A DNA stretch of 38,905 nt from contig CAYSOZ010000001.1 in the NCBI GenBank assembly GCA_964432815.1, positions 1 through 38,905 of the forward strand. Reading direction: 5' to 3'. How positions within the stretch are numbered: position 1 is the first letter of the stretch; every line of letters starts with the position of its first letter. The notes below the pieces were generated by a model. It was not told the origin of the DNA and did not search any database. It saw only the letters and a list, made by a program, of their open reading frames with translations. Position numbers and translations under genes: made by a program. Shown here piece after piece: positions 37,307 to 38,905 of this stretch. This DNA is from an uncultured Candidatus Bathyarchaeia archaeon (GTDB lineage: Archaea > Thermoproteota > Bathyarchaeia > Bathyarchaeales > Bathycorpusculaceae).

Positions 37307-37777
37307 TCAACTTCTTTTATTGATGGTTTGTTCTTTTTCTGCTTTCCTCAGTTTGATTTCGAGCACACCGTTCTTGTATGTTGTGTGCATAATGTTTGGA
37401 ATGACCTCTTTCGGCAGATTTAAACTTTTATAGTACCTGCGGTCCTTTGCCTTTGCGGAGAGGGTCAATTTTTGGTCTTTTACCTCTATTTTGAGAGTTT
37501 CCTTATTAAAACCTGCGATTTCGGCGACTATCGTGATCCAAGTTTTCTCTTGGAATATGTCAATAAGAGGTTTGGGTTCTTTCCATTTTCTTTTGCGGTA
37601 GTTTCTAGGCAGGTGATAATTCTGGGGGTGCGCCGTTCTGGCGGTTCTGGCTGGTTCTAGTCGGATGGTCTTAGGGGAAACTCTTGCTGTTGGTTTTTCC
37701 ATGTCTGGAAAATCTAGCCATCGCATGTGTTTCTTGCTTCTCCGCCATTTCGCGCTCAAGGTGTTTCTCCTATTCAC
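37307..37777 (-). CDS. Hsp20/alpha-crystallin-domain protein with highly basic N-terminus
   Basis: EPKPLIDIFQE...IVAEIAG..KE.LKIEV...RYYKSLNLP...TYKNGVLEIKL. Confidence 0.85.
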   Translation of the reverse strand: MNRRNTLSAKWRRSKKHMRWLDFPDMEKPTARVSPKTIRLEPARTARTAHPQNYHLPRNYRKRKWKEPKPLIDIFQEKTWITIVAEIAGFNKETLKIEVKDQKLTLSAKAKDRRYYKSLNLPKEVIPNIMHTTYKNGVLEIKLRKAEKEQTINKRS

Positions 37778-37943
37778 AATGGCATCTCCACGGTAACTAT
37801 AAAATGTATCGCATAGAAAAGAATTGAAAAATCAAGAAAGTTAGCGTTGGATTCGCTTGTTTTTTGAGCTAAAACACGCTTCCTTTAGTGCTTGTTTCCG
37901 CGTATGCTGTTAAATAGGGAAAGATGCATTACTGGTTTGCTTT

Positions 37944-38432
37944 CTAAACCATACGTTTTATGAGCCCATTTATAGCTTCGCCGCGGTATCCAGCCTCGCC
38001 GCCTGCACGATAATTCATTTTTGTTTTTCCTTTGAATCCTTTTCTTGGAGGGTGAAGTTTAAAAACGGGCTGAATATCGGGCAGTTTCTGGTGCTCTATC
38101 TTACATGTCATAACCGCACTCGCCAAATCATCGAATGAGGTGAAACCAATTTTTTGAAGGTAGACATCAGATATCTTATGGTTGCCAGCAAGCCTTCCGC
38201 GTTTTTGAAGCATCAACGATATGGTCTCTTTTGAGACTTCGCCCCAGGTCACATAGCTTTGAACTCGCTGAAGCATCCCTTTGAATGATGGTCGATTGTC
38301 AATTAGTATAGCATGATTAGTCTTTGCTAAACGAAGCATTTTGAGCGTCTCTGTGGCTTCATGCTGTGCGCTAATTGTTCCTCGAACTTTCACTGCGGCA
38401 ATGCATTTGCATTCTTCAGCTTTTTCAGCCAC
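37944..38432 (-). CDS. rpl30: 50S ribosomal protein uL30 (archaeal)
   Basis: AVKVRG, TLKMLRL, GMLQRVQSYVTWGE, LHPPRKG, GYRGEAINGLIKRM. Confidence 0.96.
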   Translation of the reverse strand: MAEKAEECKCIAAVKVRGTISAQHEATETLKMLRLAKTNHAILIDNRPSFKGMLQRVQSYVTWGEVSKETISLMLQKRGRLAGNHKISDVYLQKIGFTSFDDLASAVMTCKIEHQKLPDIQPVFKLHPPRKGFKGKTKMNYRAGGEAGYRGEAINGLIKRMV

Positions 38433-38433
38433 G

Positions 38434-38905
38434 TTACCTCACCCAATCGGCTTGAGTTATTAGACTGTAGGATTTACGTAACGCGTCAAAAATAGCGCAG
38501 GCGTAGGATGGTACTGTTCTTGTTGAACCATAACTCCGCATCCAAAGGTCCTTGACACCTGCCAACCCTAAGATAGTTTTTGCCACTTCGCTTGATACAA
38601 GACCGAGACCTCTTGGACCCGGAACAATAACCACCCTAACTCCTCCACATTTTCCCTCGACCTGGAAGGGCACTGAATGAGGCTTACCACAACCACATTC
38701 CCAACTGCCACAGCCTCGTTTGACAGGGACAATATTCAAACGAGCATTTGCAGCTGCCTTTTCGATCGCATTTCTAACCTGACTTGCCTTTCCAGAGCCC
38801 AGGCCAATGTAACCGTCCCTGTTACCGACGGCGACAATAGCTTTGAATCTGGATTTTTCACCCGCATCTGTCTGCTTCTGAACCAAGTTAACGTTAATTA
38901 CTTCC
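38434..38905 (-). CDS. rps5: 30S ribosomal protein uS5 (5' truncated by window edge)
   Basis: VQKQTDAGEKSRFKAIVAVGNRDG, RGCGSWECGC, PGPRGLGLV. Frame is open to the window end. Confidence 0.97.
   Translation of the reverse strand, partial: EVINVNLVQKQTDAGEKSRFKAIVAVGNRDGYIGLGSGKASQVRNAIEKAAANARLNIVPVKRGCGSWECGCGKPHSVPFQVEGKCGGVRVVIVPGPRGLGLVSSEVAKTILGLAGVKDLWMRSYGSTRTVPSYACAIFDALRKSYSLITQADWVR

Overview
Gene-dense archaeal chromosomal window with about 46 CDS. It is most likely from Bathyarchaeia (Thermoproteota); this is inferred from gene content and order, not from a database search. I found no rRNA, tRNA, CRISPR array or mobile element. Left part: topA (partial), an OSTC/OST3-OST6-like protein, carS, a DNA-repair group (RadB-like ATPase, RNase H-fold protein, XPD, EndoIII), thermosome, Sua5, GNAT, a PAC3/PAC4-like proteasome chaperone and ThyA. 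Middle: a cobamide salvage cluster (cobZ, btuFCD, DUF71, cobT, cobS, cobY). Next is a ~13.5 kb block (20.4-33.9 kb) with five glycosyltransferases, an epimerase-UbiA-Tes(GDGT-MAS)-like radical SAM operon, a second diverged cobS-cobY pair with an ECF S component and a PurM-family enzyme, and a second radical SAM. Right end: distal spc ribosomal operon (uS5, uL30, an inserted basic Hsp20, uL15, secY, DUF106, cmk). The best candidate for an undescribed system is the tightly coupled epimerase / diverged DGGGP-synthase-like / diverged Tes-like operon lying head-to-head with the motif-altered cobS2-cobY2 operon, possibly a pathway for a non-canonical membrane-spanning (glyco)lipid. All family calls come from motif recognition by eye.
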